From assembly GCA_029780855.1 (NCBI GenBank), contig JAKOXV010000024.1, positions 43,275-107,274 on the forward strand: a stretch of 64,000 bases of DNA, read 5' to 3'. The notes beneath the pieces are model-generated. The model saw nothing but the letters and a program-made list of their open reading frames with translations, was not told where the DNA came from and ran no database searches. Below are positions 44,894 through 55,490 of the stretch, in pieces. The first letter of the stretch is position 1, and each line of letters opens with the position of its first letter. A program made the position numbers and the translations under genes. Source of the DNA: a bacterium (lineage in GTDB: Bacteria > Patescibacteriota > Saccharimonadia > Saccharimonadales > JAUPVS01).

Positions 44894-46117
44894 TTAGGGT
44901 TGAGCGATAAACTCAACAAGGAGCTCTAGCGCAGCGATGATCAGTGCCAACACCACTAAAGAAACTGGCGAAATCGGTACAAACAGCAAGACAACGAATC
45001 CCAACACCAGTATCGCGTATTCGATAGACTTTTTATGGGAACCAAACCATTTAGTCACGGCGTTTTCGTGATTTCCAAATATACTCTGATGTAACTTACC
45101 AGCAAATAGATCTTCTATACGCCCGCGTATCACTGCGGCGCGGCGTGTATTCCCCGTAATCCAAACTACCAGGGCTACCATTCCAAACACCACGACTAGC
45201 GTCCATGTCTGGACCAAAAATCCATGAGAAATAGTATCCCATATTTCACGGACGGCTTGCTGGTACTCTGAAGCAAAGCGGTCAACCGTGATAGCTCTCG
45301 CAATCCGTACCGCAAGTAGACTGGCAAGCAGCATAACTGCATACAGAACAGTCAGTCTGAGAACCATTCTTCGCCTTTGCTTTGATAGCCAAACCGCTAG
45401 AACCGAAAGCGCTAAGAATAGCAAAATCGTGAGTACGCGCACTACCATTAGGTTATTAACTACCCAGTGGGCCGTAGGTAGCCAGGCTGCGTCGGTAATA
45501 GTTACGTTCCCGATGTTTGCGGGTAATTGTTTGTTTGCCAAAAACGCTAACTTTGTACCCTGGAGCTGCTCGGTGACTTTTTGGTACAAATCATTCACTT
45601 CTATAGTGCCATCACCCTCGTAATCTTTTACGAAGGTATAGAGCCTTTCATGTAGTCGAGTGTTTGCCTCCACCCACACAGTAGCGAATTTTTCACTAGA
45701 GATTGCTTGCTGCAACGTCTTTTCTGTGTACGTTTGCAGTTGAGTAGTTAGCGGTTTAGCTAAGAAATCGGCTTTTGGCGGTAGAGCTTCTTGCGCTATT
45801 CGCTCAACATCAATGTTTTGGAAAATTGCTGAGGTCGTTTTCTTGGCGAGCGCCTCTTGTACGGCGGGTTGCGACACTACTGGACCTACGGCCTCTACGT
45901 ACGAATCAGTCTTTACTATGGTCCGCGCCGACCAGAACAATAGGTTCCCCACCACAAGCAGTGCCGCCGCCAATCCAATGAGGCTTACCATCAAAACAAC
46001 TTTCCAGCCGTGGTGGTCTGTGGGATCGCTACGCGGTTTGGACAGTTGAGCCTTCAGTCTACGATTTTCAGCCCGTAGTCTTTGCAGTTCGGCATCGGAA
46101 TTGGAACGTCCAGCCAT
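44894..46117 (-). CDS. hypothetical membrane protein
   Basis: 407 aa. N-terminal coiled-coil-like basic segment, TM helices at both ends, and a large middle domain. Confidence 0.6.
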   Translation of the reverse strand: MAGRSNSDAELQRLRAENRRLKAQLSKPRSDPTDHHGWKVVLMVSLIGLAAALLVVGNLLFWSARTIVKTDSYVEAVGPVVSQPAVQEALAKKTTSAIFQNIDVERIAQEALPPKADFLAKPLTTQLQTYTEKTLQQAISSEKFATVWVEANTRLHERLYTFVKDYEGDGTIEVNDLYQKVTEQLQGTKLAFLANKQLPANIGNVTITDAAWLPTAHWVVNNLMVVRVLTILLFLALSVLAVWLSKQRRRMVLRLTVLYAVMLLASLLAVRIARAITVDRFASEYQQAVREIWDTISHGFLVQTWTLVVVFGMVALVVWITGNTRRAAVIRGRIEDLFAGKLHQSIFGNHENAVTKWFGSHKKSIEYAILVLGFVVLLFVPISPVSLVVLALIIAALELLVEFIAQP

Positions 46118-46171
46118 ACACCTAACCTCTTATGAGTCCATAGTATACCCATTTTTGCAAAATGCAAACTA

Positions 46172-46495
46172 TCAGGATTTGGGGTTCTTTTTTGATAAGC
46201 GTTTTTGTACTCTATTGCGTAGTAGGTAGCTCACGCTACTGGCGATAATACCGACGCCTATGAGTATATAAAAAATCGTAAAAAGCTTTCCGATGTCGGT
46301 TTTTGGAGTTATGTCGCCGTACCCAACGGTGGTTAGCGTAACCACGCAGAAGTAAACGCTATCCAGCCATTTCAACTTTTCAAAGTGATGGTAAAAAACC
46401 GTCCCCGACGCTAGCACTACAACTATCGTAAAAAAGATGCGGCGTGGGTTTATGGCATCAAGCACCGGACTAGGGCTCTTCTCGCTATCAGACAT
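46172..46495 (-). CDS. two-TM potassium channel (Ion_trans_2)
   Basis: Selectivity filter TLTTVGYGDITP. Confidence 0.88.
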   Translation of the reverse strand: MSDSEKSPSPVLDAINPRRIFFTIVVVLASGTVFYHHFEKLKWLDSVYFCVVTLTTVGYGDITPKTDIGKLFTIFYILIGVGIIASSVSYLLRNRVQKRLSKKNPKS

Positions 46496-46702
46496 CTATG
46501 TGCTTCTCTTTTTTTGTTTGGAAAAGTAGAAAATATACACAATCGGTAGAATACCCAAGGTATTCAAAATCAAAAACAGCACGAACCATACTTTGTCGCC
46601 CTTTCGTGCAGCCTTCCAGAGAGCAATCGCCTTCCAAACCAACTCCCACAAAACTATAACTACCCAGACATACCAGTAATCTTTATAAGCGTTCAGATCC
46701 AT
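46496..46702 (-). CDS. DUF5652-like small membrane protein
   Basis: 68 aa. WELVWKAIALWKAARKGDKVWFV..L.LNTLGILPIVY pattern, as in DUF5652 (from memory). Confidence 0.65.
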   Translation of the reverse strand: MDLNAYKDYWYVWVVIVLWELVWKAIALWKAARKGDKVWFVLFLILNTLGILPIVYIFYFSKQKKRST

Positions 46703-46756
46703 AGCTCTTCCTCCACGTTATATAGCTGTACTATAGCACCGCGAACAGGACTTAGG

Positions 46757-48271
46757 CTAGGAGTACTGCTTGGTTATCGCAAGTATTTCGGGGGCATACT
46801 TGTCTGCTTTGTTTGGTCCAAAACCATGCACCCGAATAAGTGCTGTTTCATCGGTTGGTTTATAGCTTGCGATCGCCTCCAGTACAGTATTGTGGGCCAC
46901 AATATACGCCGGCACGTTATCTTTTTTTGCTCGAGCAAACCGCCAATTTTGCAGCGCAGTGAGCAGCGCTTCATCAACTTCCATAAGTTCTGGCACGGCA
47001 ATTTCCGGCAACTCGTCTGGAGTAACCCGCGCTATTTCTGCTGATGCCGATTGAAGCCATGCATCAAGCTCATGGATTTCTGGATGCAGTTGCATAGCCA
47101 TCCTATTTACTCCCACTAAAAATAATCCCTGCAAGTCTCGAACGCGTGATAGAGCCACGTACCCCATCCCTGGCGTAAATGACCGGCTAAGGTCGATCAT
47201 GGCAGCATCCAAACTCATTCCCTGGCTCTTATGAATGGTTATCGCCCATGCCAGCCTTAGTGGTAGCTGTGAGGCTTCAGCTCTTTTTTTACCGTCTTCT
47301 TCTAGCGCCCAGGTATGCATTTCTACGGTAATTTCTTTACCATTCCGTGCAAGTTTGACGATTGGGAGATCATTCTTAAAACCAACCACGGTGCCCCTAC
47401 TACCATTCACATACCCCGCACCAAAGTTGTTAGCCACAAACATCACTTCTGCACCAATTTTTAACTCTAGTTCTTGTGGAGCAAGCAGCCCCCGCATGAG
47501 CTGCTCAACCTTTGCGGCGGCTCCACGATGTTCCATGGTAAATACTTTGCTCTGGCTCGGTATTGCGCCTAACTGCTGTGAGTTAATGGCGTCAACATCA
47601 ATATTGTGGGAGTACAAGCGGGTTACAACCTGTGCTTCACTGGGTTGTTTCCCAATCCGCTCCTGCAACACATCATGGTGATAGTCCTGTATGTCATTCG
47701 TGCGCATAGCCTGCAACACATCCAGCAGTTCACCACCAGCTTGGCGATGCTGTTCATGAATGTAGCAGATTGTAGGGTTGAGTTCTTTCCAGGCATCAGA
47801 AGTATGAGCAAAATCAACCGCCGACGCGCCTCTACTGACCGGCGGTAGTTGAAACAGATCACCCACCATAATGACTTGCATACCACCAAACGGTGCATCG
47901 CTTTTGCGCAGCAGCTTGGCGGCCTCGTTTACCATATCGAGCCGTTTGCCGTGAAGCATCGAAACTTCATCGATAATCAAAATGTCAGTGCCGTTATAAC
48001 GCTTTTGCAAACGATCGTTTTCTGCCAACCACTTACGGTCGGCGGCAGTTAGCGTTTCTTTGATACCCAGCCCCGACCACGAGTGAATAGTTGTTCCGTT
48101 GATATGCGTCGCAGCTATTCCAGTACTAGCGGTAACGGCTAAAGTTTTGTGCTGTTTTTTTGCCAATTCAATAAATTGGTTCAAGACGTACGTCTTGCCA
48201 GCCCCCGGAGCGCCAGTAAGAAATACCGAATCGCCCAAAAGCATCACCCTCAATGCCTGCCGTTGTGTCAT
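46757..48271 (-). CDS. PIF1/RecD-like SF1 helicase with C-terminal HRDC-like domain
   Basis: Walker A GAPGAGKTY, Walker B LIIDEVSM, LVGDLFQLPPV and ITIHKSQG. The C-terminal ~70 aa resemble HRDC. Confidence 0.88.
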   Translation of the reverse strand: MTQRQALRVMLLGDSVFLTGAPGAGKTYVLNQFIELAKKQHKTLAVTASTGIAATHINGTTIHSWSGLGIKETLTAADRKWLAENDRLQKRYNGTDILIIDEVSMLHGKRLDMVNEAAKLLRKSDAPFGGMQVIMVGDLFQLPPVSRGASAVDFAHTSDAWKELNPTICYIHEQHRQAGGELLDVLQAMRTNDIQDYHHDVLQERIGKQPSEAQVVTRLYSHNIDVDAINSQQLGAIPSQSKVFTMEHRGAAAKVEQLMRGLLAPQELELKIGAEVMFVANNFGAGYVNGSRGTVVGFKNDLPIVKLARNGKEITVEMHTWALEEDGKKRAEASQLPLRLAWAITIHKSQGMSLDAAMIDLSRSFTPGMGYVALSRVRDLQGLFLVGVNRMAMQLHPEIHELDAWLQSASAEIARVTPDELPEIAVPELMEVDEALLTALQNWRFARAKKDNVPAYIVAHNTVLEAIASYKPTDETALIRVHGFGPNKADKYAPEILAITKQYS

Positions 48272-48307
48272 AGATTTCTAGTATATCAGTTTAGCTGCCT
48301 AGAGTGA

Positions 48308-48898
48308 CTATGCTTTACGTTTTGAAAGATTCAGCCTTTTTCTGCGGAAATCTTTATGTTCCAATTTTTGGCGGAGCTGATCAAGCCGAACAATGTACTC
48401 CTCAAATGGTTTGAGTAGCGTGGAGTACTTCCAGTTTGGAACCATAATGTGTAGCAGCCGCTTTTTCTCTGCAAGGTATTCGGCCAGGCAGTAAAAGTCC
48501 CCATCAGCAGAAACTATAATCGCTTTTTGGTAATTGGGCATCTCTTTCATGGCATAGAGTACAAGCTCTGCATCAATGTTTCCCTTAACAGTCACTTTGC
48601 GATCATCGTCGGCATCCTGCTTGCTTTCTTCAGGAGTCAGTTTGGCGACCGTTTCTATGGTTGGTTTAAGCACAATCAAATACCCAGTATCATGGAGTTG
48701 CTCATACATTGCTTCGTTTTCTGGAACATAGCCAATAAAAAGATAGGCTTTTTTAACGTTATACTCTTTTTCGAGATAGTTTAGAAACTTCTTCCAGTCT
48801 ATCTTCCAGCCTACTTTTTGGATGCCAAGATTCAGATTTTGACTATCTATAAAAGCGTAGGCTACTGGTTTATCTGCTTTTTTCATTACTCTAATCAT
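48308..48898 (-). CDS. NYN/LabA-like domain protein
   Basis: AFIDSQNLNLG...IDWKKF..YL...VSADGDF pattern of NYN ribonuclease-like domains. Confidence 0.75.
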   Translation of the reverse strand: MIRVMKKADKPVAYAFIDSQNLNLGIQKVGWKIDWKKFLNYLEKEYNVKKAYLFIGYVPENEAMYEQLHDTGYLIVLKPTIETVAKLTPEESKQDADDDRKVTVKGNIDAELVLYAMKEMPNYQKAIIVSADGDFYCLAEYLAEKKRLLHIMVPNWKYSTLLKPFEEYIVRLDQLRQKLEHKDFRRKRLNLSKRKA

Positions 48899-48931
48899 AC
48901 CGCACTCATAGGAGAATCGCGACCAGGGGGT

Positions 48932-49453
48932 TTATTGAGGCTTCGTCAGGGCACGTATGAATCGGGACATTTCATCGCAATCGCCTTTAGTTACGGCGCT
49001 ATTACTAAACAATTCCTGCCCAATCTTGTTGCCCTTGGCAGCCATCCGATTAAAGGGACTATGGTACGTTTGAATGTGTGGTCGAACGTTTAGGGTTTGG
49101 TTAGCCAGAACAAGATGGCCAGACTGCAGGAAAAGCTGTAGCGTTTTTGTGAGTTCGCTCGGTACAGAATCAGCAGTATGGGGCGGTATTTTTTCCGTAT
49201 AGGTTACCTGTAGCTGTTCAATGTCATCAAGCCAACTAAAGGAAGCGCTCAAAACTGCATGGACTGGTTCGTCACCATAGCCGGCCACCATACTTTGTTC
49301 GGCCACAATCCTATACGTCCGATGATCAGTCAGGAAATATGCTTCGCCCACTGATCGTTCGGATAAGCGAGCCAAATCAGCCGCCAGAGAATAGTAGTCC
49401 AGCGCATCCGCCGGCACGCAATCATCGTTACAGTATAATTCTGGACTCTTCAT
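48932..49453 (-). CDS. hypothetical protein
   Basis: 173-aa ORF. No family recognised. Confidence 0.55.
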   Translation of the reverse strand: MKSPELYCNDDCVPADALDYYSLAADLARLSERSVGEAYFLTDHRTYRIVAEQSMVAGYGDEPVHAVLSASFSWLDDIEQLQVTYTEKIPPHTADSVPSELTKTLQLFLQSGHLVLANQTLNVRPHIQTYHSPFNRMAAKGNKIGQELFSNSAVTKGDCDEMSRFIRALTKPQ

Positions 49454-49533
49454 GTTTACTCAACTCACTAAGTTTTACTACAGTACTCCCGCCAGCCAGT
49501 TTTCACAAGCGCTACGCGTTCTCTGCGGCAATA

Positions 49534-50526
49534 CTATTTGCCCGAAACCTTTACAATTTCACGAGCTAGTGTGTCCGAATTATGCCGGATTAAGCTTCTG
49601 CTGTGCCCTATCGCATCGTTCTTGTTTATTTTAATTGGTTCGGTATCAATGAGCGGTAAGCCGATAGCTTTATAGTGCCTATCATCCATTACTTCTAGAT
49701 CAAATTCAACCGGAAATTCACCATCATGGGTATATTTTTTCAGCATGGTCGGTGTCGGTTCATCCGTATTAAAGACGACATAGTCCAGCGCCTTGCCACC
49801 AATGAATCGCTCAATCTCATCGGCATAATCGTGTACTTTAAAGCCGTCAGTTTGTCTTGGCTTAGTAACGAGATTACACACATACAGTAGTTTAGCCTTT
49901 GAGTTTAAAATAGCCTCTCCTACCCCGTCCACCACCAGAGCAGGAGCTAAGCTACCATAGAGACTACCGGGTGCAATCACAATTACATCTGCTTCTTTGA
50001 TAGCTAGTTCTGCCTCCGGCAGTATCTTTGCATGTGGCTCCAGGTGCAATGCCGGTCGTTTTGTCCCCATAAAATCCATGGTGGCGATTTTGTGCTCACC
50101 TTTAGTTCTTCTGCCTTCTTTATCAATCATCACGAGATGAGATTTATCGAGTGTAATCGGCAGTACCCTGCCCTGAATCCTAAGCAATTCGCCAGCGAGC
50201 TCCACCGCTTCATAAAAGCTATCTGTCATCTTTTCTACGGCACTCAAGAACAAGTTGCCAAAACTATGACCTTTCAGAGATCCCTCTGCAAACCGATAAC
50301 TGAATACATCCCGGAGCTTAGAAGATTCACCTAAAGCCACAAGGCATTGCCGAACATCTCCGGGAGGAAGCACGCCGAGCTCATCTCTCAGAATACCCGT
50401 TGATCCGCCATCATCGGCAACATTAACTAACGCCGTGATATGCTCGGCATAATTTTTCAACCCACTAAGTAGTGTGAAGCTTCCGGTACCTCCGCCAATT
50501 ACTACAATGTTCTTTGTACTTCGCAT
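49534..50526 (-). CDS. YvcK/CofD-family (gluconeogenesis factor-like) protein
   Basis: VVIGGGTGSFTLLSGLK...VADDGGSTG...PPGDVRQC motifs. Confidence 0.9.
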   Translation of the reverse strand: MRSTKNIVVIGGGTGSFTLLSGLKNYAEHITALVNVADDGGSTGILRDELGVLPPGDVRQCLVALGESSKLRDVFSYRFAEGSLKGHSFGNLFLSAVEKMTDSFYEAVELAGELLRIQGRVLPITLDKSHLVMIDKEGRRTKGEHKIATMDFMGTKRPALHLEPHAKILPEAELAIKEADVIVIAPGSLYGSLAPALVVDGVGEAILNSKAKLLYVCNLVTKPRQTDGFKVHDYADEIERFIGGKALDYVVFNTDEPTPTMLKKYTHDGEFPVEFDLEVMDDRHYKAIGLPLIDTEPIKINKNDAIGHSRSLIRHNSDTLAREIVKVSGK

Positions 50527-50601
50527 TAGTAGTCTCCATAGTAATGCACTGTGCGCTTGCTATACAAAGACTAATTTACAACGTCGAAATCTATTTGTAT
50601 G

Positions 50602-51336
50602 TTAGATTTTTTCGTGCAGTCCTTTGGCAACTGATATGAATTGTTCCCTGACTTCTTTGGTCATAGGATTCCCTCTTTGAATCGTTAGAAACAGATCATA
50701 CGTGTGATGCTTCTCTAGCTGTACCAAAGCGAGTAGTTTTTTGAACGATGGCGTGCTCAGCTTTTGGTCGTGTAGTCCAAAATCTTTAAGAGCATGCGCA
50801 ATAAAAAAAGTTAGTCCATGAACAACGGCCATTTCTTTATCATGCTCTTGCGCGCTCATAAAGACGATTTCTATACCAAGGTTGCTCACAAAATCAGTAA
50901 GTTCTTTGATTGATGTTGAGTCAGAATCTTCTGGACACACCACCAAGGTATGTCCAGACAATGAAGCCTCGGCGGATTCAGGTCCAAACAATGGGTGCGT
51001 AGCTAAGAGAGGCTGCTTGGGCAGTATATTTTTAATCAACTGCACCGGCTCCATTTTTACAGAACAAACATCTACCACCACCGAAGTCGTGCTGAGTTCC
51101 GGCTTAAGTTTCCGAAGCATCTCCGGGTAAACGCTCAGCGGAATAGAAAGCACAACATAATCACACTTGGCCACCTCCTGTAATGAAGCGCTCCATTTTG
51201 CGTCCACCTCCCTCCGAGCATGCACCTTCACGCTACAGTAAGGATCAAGTTGGCGAGCCAGAAATGAACCAAAACTACCAAAGCCAATAATACCAACTGT
51301 TTTCACGTTCCGATTTCTTCCGGTAGGTTTTTGCAA
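50602..51336 (-). CDS. prephenate/arogenate dehydrogenase family protein
   Basis: Rossmann motif VGIIGFGSFGSFLARQL, with D.CSVK and HPLFGP motifs. Confidence 0.8.
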   Translation of the reverse strand: MQKPTGRNRNVKTVGIIGFGSFGSFLARQLDPYCSVKVHARREVDAKWSASLQEVAKCDYVVLSIPLSVYPEMLRKLKPELSTTSVVVDVCSVKMEPVQLIKNILPKQPLLATHPLFGPESAEASLSGHTLVVCPEDSDSTSIKELTDFVSNLGIEIVFMSAQEHDKEMAVVHGLTFFIAHALKDFGLHDQKLSTPSFKKLLALVQLEKHHTYDLFLTIQRGNPMTKEVREQFISVAKGLHEKI

Positions 51337-52037
51337 GAAAGGACATTTGCGGAGCGAGGAACTACATGTATCGCTTTAAATGCCGCAAGTATTAGTTGTA
51401 GATCATGTATGGTAATCTCACTGAGCCGCGATTCATACACTTGCGTGTCGAGGGCAATTTCACCGTACCGGTACAAACATTCCAAATCTTGCTGTGCTAC
51501 CGGTTGGGTAACAAAAACCTCCCGGCTATAACCCATCACTTCATCCTCCATATCACCGTCTTCGTCGAGAATTGAAAAGCTGAAATGCTTGGCATAGCGG
51601 TGTGGGTTACGCCAGTTTTCTGGAATCCAGAAAAAGTACTGATGCTCTGTGGCTAAATACCCTGGCGGCTCCCCACCATCACTAACCGGGTTCAATAATC
51701 CTCCTACAGGATGTTCAAATCCAGTATTCATGTGGTTTTGCGTCGCAAAGAACGACTCTACTGCACCTGGTGACCATTCGGAATCAATAGGGACGACATC
51801 CGCAAGGAACATATGGTAAATAGTTGCATCTGATTCAGCATCCCATTCAGCCCTGAACTGAATAGTTTGTTTATTGGGCTCTTCATCAACATGCTGTTCA
51901 AAACCGACCCGCACCCATGTATCAGTTGTGACAAATCGATTAGCGACAGGAACGAATATCCGTCGGGTAAAATCCCGAACTTGCCTATCGGTAACCGGAG
52001 TGCTCAGAACCTCTCTGTTCCACTCAGTCTCTTCCAT
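51303..52037 (-). CDS. hypothetical acidic protein
   Basis: 244-aa ORF. Its 3' end overlaps the next gene by 34 nt. Confidence 0.55.
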   Translation of the reverse strand: MEETEWNREVLSTPVTDRQVRDFTRRIFVPVANRFVTTDTWVRVGFEQHVDEEPNKQTIQFRAEWDAESDATIYHMFLADVVPIDSEWSPGAVESFFATQNHMNTGFEHPVGGLLNPVSDGGEPPGYLATEHQYFFWIPENWRNPHRYAKHFSFSILDEDGDMEDEVMGYSREVFVTQPVAQQDLECLYRYGEIALDTQVYESRLSEITIHDLQLILAAFKAIHVVPRSANVLSCKNLPEEIGT

Positions 52038-52107
52038 ACTTTCAATAATAGAAGGTTACATACATTTAAACAAACGAGCACGCAATAATCACAACGAAGC
52101 TATTGTT

Positions 52108-52623
52108 TCAGGACATAAGCGCAGGTACTTCAGCGGGTTGAGCCGGTGTTGTTTCAGGATTAGTTTCTGAAACAGTATGTAGAATAGTTGCATTTGGCTT
52201 TTCTCTTACTAGTGGCGGATCACCAAACGCCAGTTCAACTCCCCACTTACCAATATTAACGTAGTAGTCTTCCTTTATTCCCAGTTGCTCATTCAAATCG
52301 TTCAGAAGCTTTGCTGGTGTCTTTAAGGCAAACGCGTAGTCAGTTGACTCAGTACCAGCAATAAATACCGGCGAAACAACCTGCCGATATAGTCGCATAT
52401 CATCATTGGTAGCAGGTATTACCGAACGCAAAGCTAGTTCGCCAGCCACCACTGGTCCACGACGCCACACAGAACCCAATTCTTCAATAGTTCCTTCATG
52501 TACCATGCCAATCGGCCTGAGTCCGTGACCTGGAATGAACAAGGTTTTGCTACCTCGTTCAGTGGCTTCTGCAAGCCCCTCAGAAAGTGAGTTAATTCCT
52601 TTTGCCATATAGGTTGGACGCAT
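52108..52623 (-). CDS. hypothetical protein
   Basis: 171-aa ORF. No family recognised. Confidence 0.55.
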   Translation of the reverse strand: MRPTYMAKGINSLSEGLAEATERGSKTLFIPGHGLRPIGMVHEGTIEELGSVWRRGPVVAGELALRSVIPATNDDMRLYRQVVSPVFIAGTESTDYAFALKTPAKLLNDLNEQLGIKEDYYVNIGKWGVELAFGDPPLVREKPNATILHTVSETNPETTPAQPAEVPALMS

Positions 52624-52664
52624 GGTTTTCTCCCTCTTTTGCCGATTTCGGCATAGTTTATGTA

Positions 52665-52922
52665 CTACTCACTTTCGGCTTCTGCTTCCATTTTGTCAAG
52701 CCGCGTGTAGTAATCGGGAATCTCCTTCAGATGTGCCCACGCAATGCGTCCGGTAAGGTGCGGATCGTCCTTCGTTACATTCGTTTCTTCTCCCCATTCG
52801 CTTCCATGTTCTAACTCAACCTCAAGACCCCTACGAAATTCTTCAATTCGTACCTCATCCCAATTAATACCCAGTTCATCACCGATTTTCCTTGCTTCAT
52901 CCGGTGTAAATTGCTTGCCCAT
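52665..52922 (-). CDS. small conserved protein (ELEHG...NVT.DD...AHL.E.PDYY family, DUF5661-like?)
   Basis: AAGGAGG lies 5 nt before ATG 52922. The motif string is recalled from widely distributed phage/bacterial small proteins. The family name is uncertain. Confidence 0.6.
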   Translation of the reverse strand: MGKQFTPDEARKIGDELGINWDEVRIEEFRRGLEVELEHGSEWGEETNVTKDDPHLTGRIAWAHLKEIPDYYTRLDKMEAEAESE

Positions 52923-52987
52923 ACTTCCCTCCTTTACCAGTGATTTCAGTATACCGCTCACTGCAACAAAAAGGCCATTCTATCAAA

Positions 52988-53260
52988 CTAGAAACCGCAG
53001 TCGCCAGAAGTCAGTTCTAGCTGGTTGCCGGTATTTTGGCGGAGTATCCGTTTGCCTTGATCAGCCATTAGCATTTCTTGGTCAGAATCGCGTGGATCGA
53101 TGCGTTGCTCACGAATCTCAGTTGCTGCACGGAGACTATGCCCAAACTCAATAACCTCACCTTCGTGATCAATCTTTTTTTCAAAAGGCAAATCAATCAG
53201 CTCAAGCTGCATGTACTGTGCTACTTGAAAATCATCGGCTGGTACTTCGAAAACTTCCAT
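52988..53260 (-). CDS. hypothetical acidic protein
   Basis: ORF. The track start at 53341 is a TTG overlapping the upstream gene. First ATG (MEVFEVP) chosen. Confidence 0.45.
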   Translation of the reverse strand: MEVFEVPADDFQVAQYMQLELIDLPFEKKIDHEGEVIEFGHSLRAATEIREQRIDPRDSDQEMLMADQGKRILRQNTGNQLELTSGDCGF

Positions 53261-53291
53261 ATCAAACAATAACCCGTACTCTATGTATATA

Positions 53292-53981
53292 TTATTGAAT
53301 AACTGGTTCGTTTGGCAAACCTGTTTCTTCGAGAACTGCAAGCTCTGCTCGTGCGTTCCGTTCCGCCGGGTCGTTCATCCACATAAAGTCAGGATGGTAA
53401 AACGCACCAGTGTAGCTCCGCAGGAACTGCATTCTTGCTCGCACGTAACTTTCGTGTGTTTGGGCTCCACTCCCCACCTGCTCCTTATATATCGCTTCCG
53501 TATACCAACCGTAGGTGTCTGGATCTGCAGCTTGTATAGACTTGGTGATGTCACACAGTAGAGATTCACGTTCCAGACGAGGCCGCTGGTTTTCGGCTGC
53601 CTCAATCAAAACTGCGAGCGGTTCGAGCCGCACCTTACCGATAAGATTCATCTTTTTAATCTGCTCCTTGGCGTATGCGGCGCTCAAAAAGCCGTTCTGG
53701 GTGCTACCGGGAATACATGTGATCTTGTGCCAGAGCAGTGCAAGCCACATTTCGGTGTACTGTTCGCAGCCTTCGTAGGGCTTTAGTTGTGCTAGACAAT
53801 CTGCAACGTAGTCCAGATTATGAAACACACGCTCACTTCCGTTAAGCGCAGCAATTGTAGTGTCTAGCACGTCGGTCGCTCTGGACAAATCTACACTTGC
53901 TAGCTTTGGTGTTACTATTTCATCCCACCCAGACCGCACAAATGCTTCAGCATCCGGGAGCTGCTCTATTCCTTTTTCCAT
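53292..53981 (-). CDS. hypothetical protein
   Basis: ORF. The track start at 54020 is a TTG. ATG 53981 (MEKGIEQ) chosen. Confidence 0.55.
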   Translation of the reverse strand: MEKGIEQLPDAEAFVRSGWDEIVTPKLASVDLSRATDVLDTTIAALNGSERVFHNLDYVADCLAQLKPYEGCEQYTEMWLALLWHKITCIPGSTQNGFLSAAYAKEQIKKMNLIGKVRLEPLAVLIEAAENQRPRLERESLLCDITKSIQAADPDTYGWYTEAIYKEQVGSGAQTHESYVRARMQFLRSYTGAFYHPDFMWMNDPAERNARAELAVLEETGLPNEPVIQ

Positions 53982-54038
53982 ATAGTGCCCAATTATCAAC
54001 ACTATGCAGCGCTTTTGCAAGCATAAGCTTAGTTGCGT

Positions 54039-54809
54039 CTACTCTGTTTTTTCGCCGAGCGCCGCGTAAACTTGCTCAAGTATTTCTGACCATAGTGTTT
54101 CATGGGCCATAATGTTTGGATTGTCTGCTAATTCTTTGGGGTAGCTATATATCGGCTCAGCTCCATCGAATGCACTACCATATGCGATCCGAGCTTGCGC
54201 AAGTTTCCCGTACTCATCCCACATATCAGGTATTAGTATCGAAGCCATGATCGCCTCACCCGGATACCCCAGTAGCATCCCAAACGGTACGTCATTCGAC
54301 GCGGCTATGAGATCTACGGTATCTAGGGGTAATTTGGTGTCTCGTCGTTTTAGCATGGCCACTTGACGTTGCCAGACCAGCCACCAAAGGGCAAAATCTT
54401 CATACCGTTGCATTTTGCGCGGGCCATACTGCGTCCAGCCCGGTATGTAGCCGTACCGGTTTGGAATGTCTTTCAGAGCATCCTGATTTACTAATGAATA
54501 CTTTCCTTCTTCGTTCTTGTCTCCAAGTACTTCAGCAGTTTCGTCAAGGTACAGGATGCCATACTCAGCAAAAAACGCTTCGAGCTCTTTACGTAGCCCA
54601 GCCGACGCTTCGTTGCCAAGATCATAGTAGGTATCGAACGCACGAACTCCTGATATTGTCAGCACCTCGCTTGGACAGCGAAAGTTCTTTTTGTACAGCT
54701 TAGGAAAGCTTTTCCTCAGCGCCTGCAGTGTCGGAATTGCTCGACTTGCGTAGTCCTGGGAGGATTGAGGCGGTAGCTGGTAGTTAAAAGTTCCGTAGAC
54801 TGTTTTCAT
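54039..54809 (-). CDS. hypothetical protein
   Basis: 256-aa ORF starting at an ATG. No family recognised. Confidence 0.55.
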   Translation of the reverse strand: MKTVYGTFNYQLPPQSSQDYASRAIPTLQALRKSFPKLYKKNFRCPSEVLTISGVRAFDTYYDLGNEASAGLRKELEAFFAEYGILYLDETAEVLGDKNEEGKYSLVNQDALKDIPNRYGYIPGWTQYGPRKMQRYEDFALWWLVWQRQVAMLKRRDTKLPLDTVDLIAASNDVPFGMLLGYPGEAIMASILIPDMWDEYGKLAQARIAYGSAFDGAEPIYSYPKELADNPNIMAHETLWSEILEQVYAALGEKTE

Positions 54810-54829
54810 CCTGTGAATATTGTACCGTA

Positions 54830-55402
54830 CTATGCGGTTCGCACGATGTTATAGCGTTTACGTAATCCTGCTAATCTTTTGTGAAAGGCACCGGGCAGAT
54901 CGAACTCAAACTTTTCTTCTTGAAGTTGGGCGCTGTACACCAGTAGCCTTGCGGCTATAGTGAGCGTTTCCGGAATGTTATGTATTGCCTTCTCGCGAGA
55001 ACTCGCGTGGTCAGCATTATGGCGATTTCGCCCAATAACGCCCATAGCACTCACAACGGCAGCCAGCGACTGATCTTTTATTCCGGTACGGACACTCGTC
55101 GCAAACGTTTCATCTACCGTGCCGTTAGTCCTGCGAATAGTATCTAGATCTAAAATTCCCCACCGCACAAACCGCAGGGCATACTGCAACGAATCTGGAG
55201 CAATTTCATTCTCGGCAAGATCGGGCTGCCAAAATGCTTTCCGTTCTACCGAATCAACGAGCTGCAACAATACATGACCAACATTCCGTTCCACGGATTG
55301 AGGATTATGTCTAGCGGCCGGATCGCCTTCCCAACCTCCATCCAATACATCATACTGGTACAACTCTTGCGCGAGTGGCTCAAAATCAATACTTTCATCC
55401 AT
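54830..55402 (-). CDS. hypothetical protein
   Basis: ORF. GGGAGGA lies 7 nt before ATG 55402. The track start at 55420 is a GTG. Confidence 0.55.
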   Translation of the reverse strand: MDESIDFEPLAQELYQYDVLDGGWEGDPAARHNPQSVERNVGHVLLQLVDSVERKAFWQPDLAENEIAPDSLQYALRFVRWGILDLDTIRRTNGTVDETFATSVRTGIKDQSLAAVVSAMGVIGRNRHNADHASSREKAIHNIPETLTIAARLLVYSAQLQEEKFEFDLPGAFHKRLAGLRKRYNIVRTA

Positions 55403-55490
55403 AGTCATTCCTCCCGCCACCCATTACTCTTATTTGATTGTAGCAGGTTTAAAGATTTACTTACTGTTCAATAATTTACGTAAAAATGTA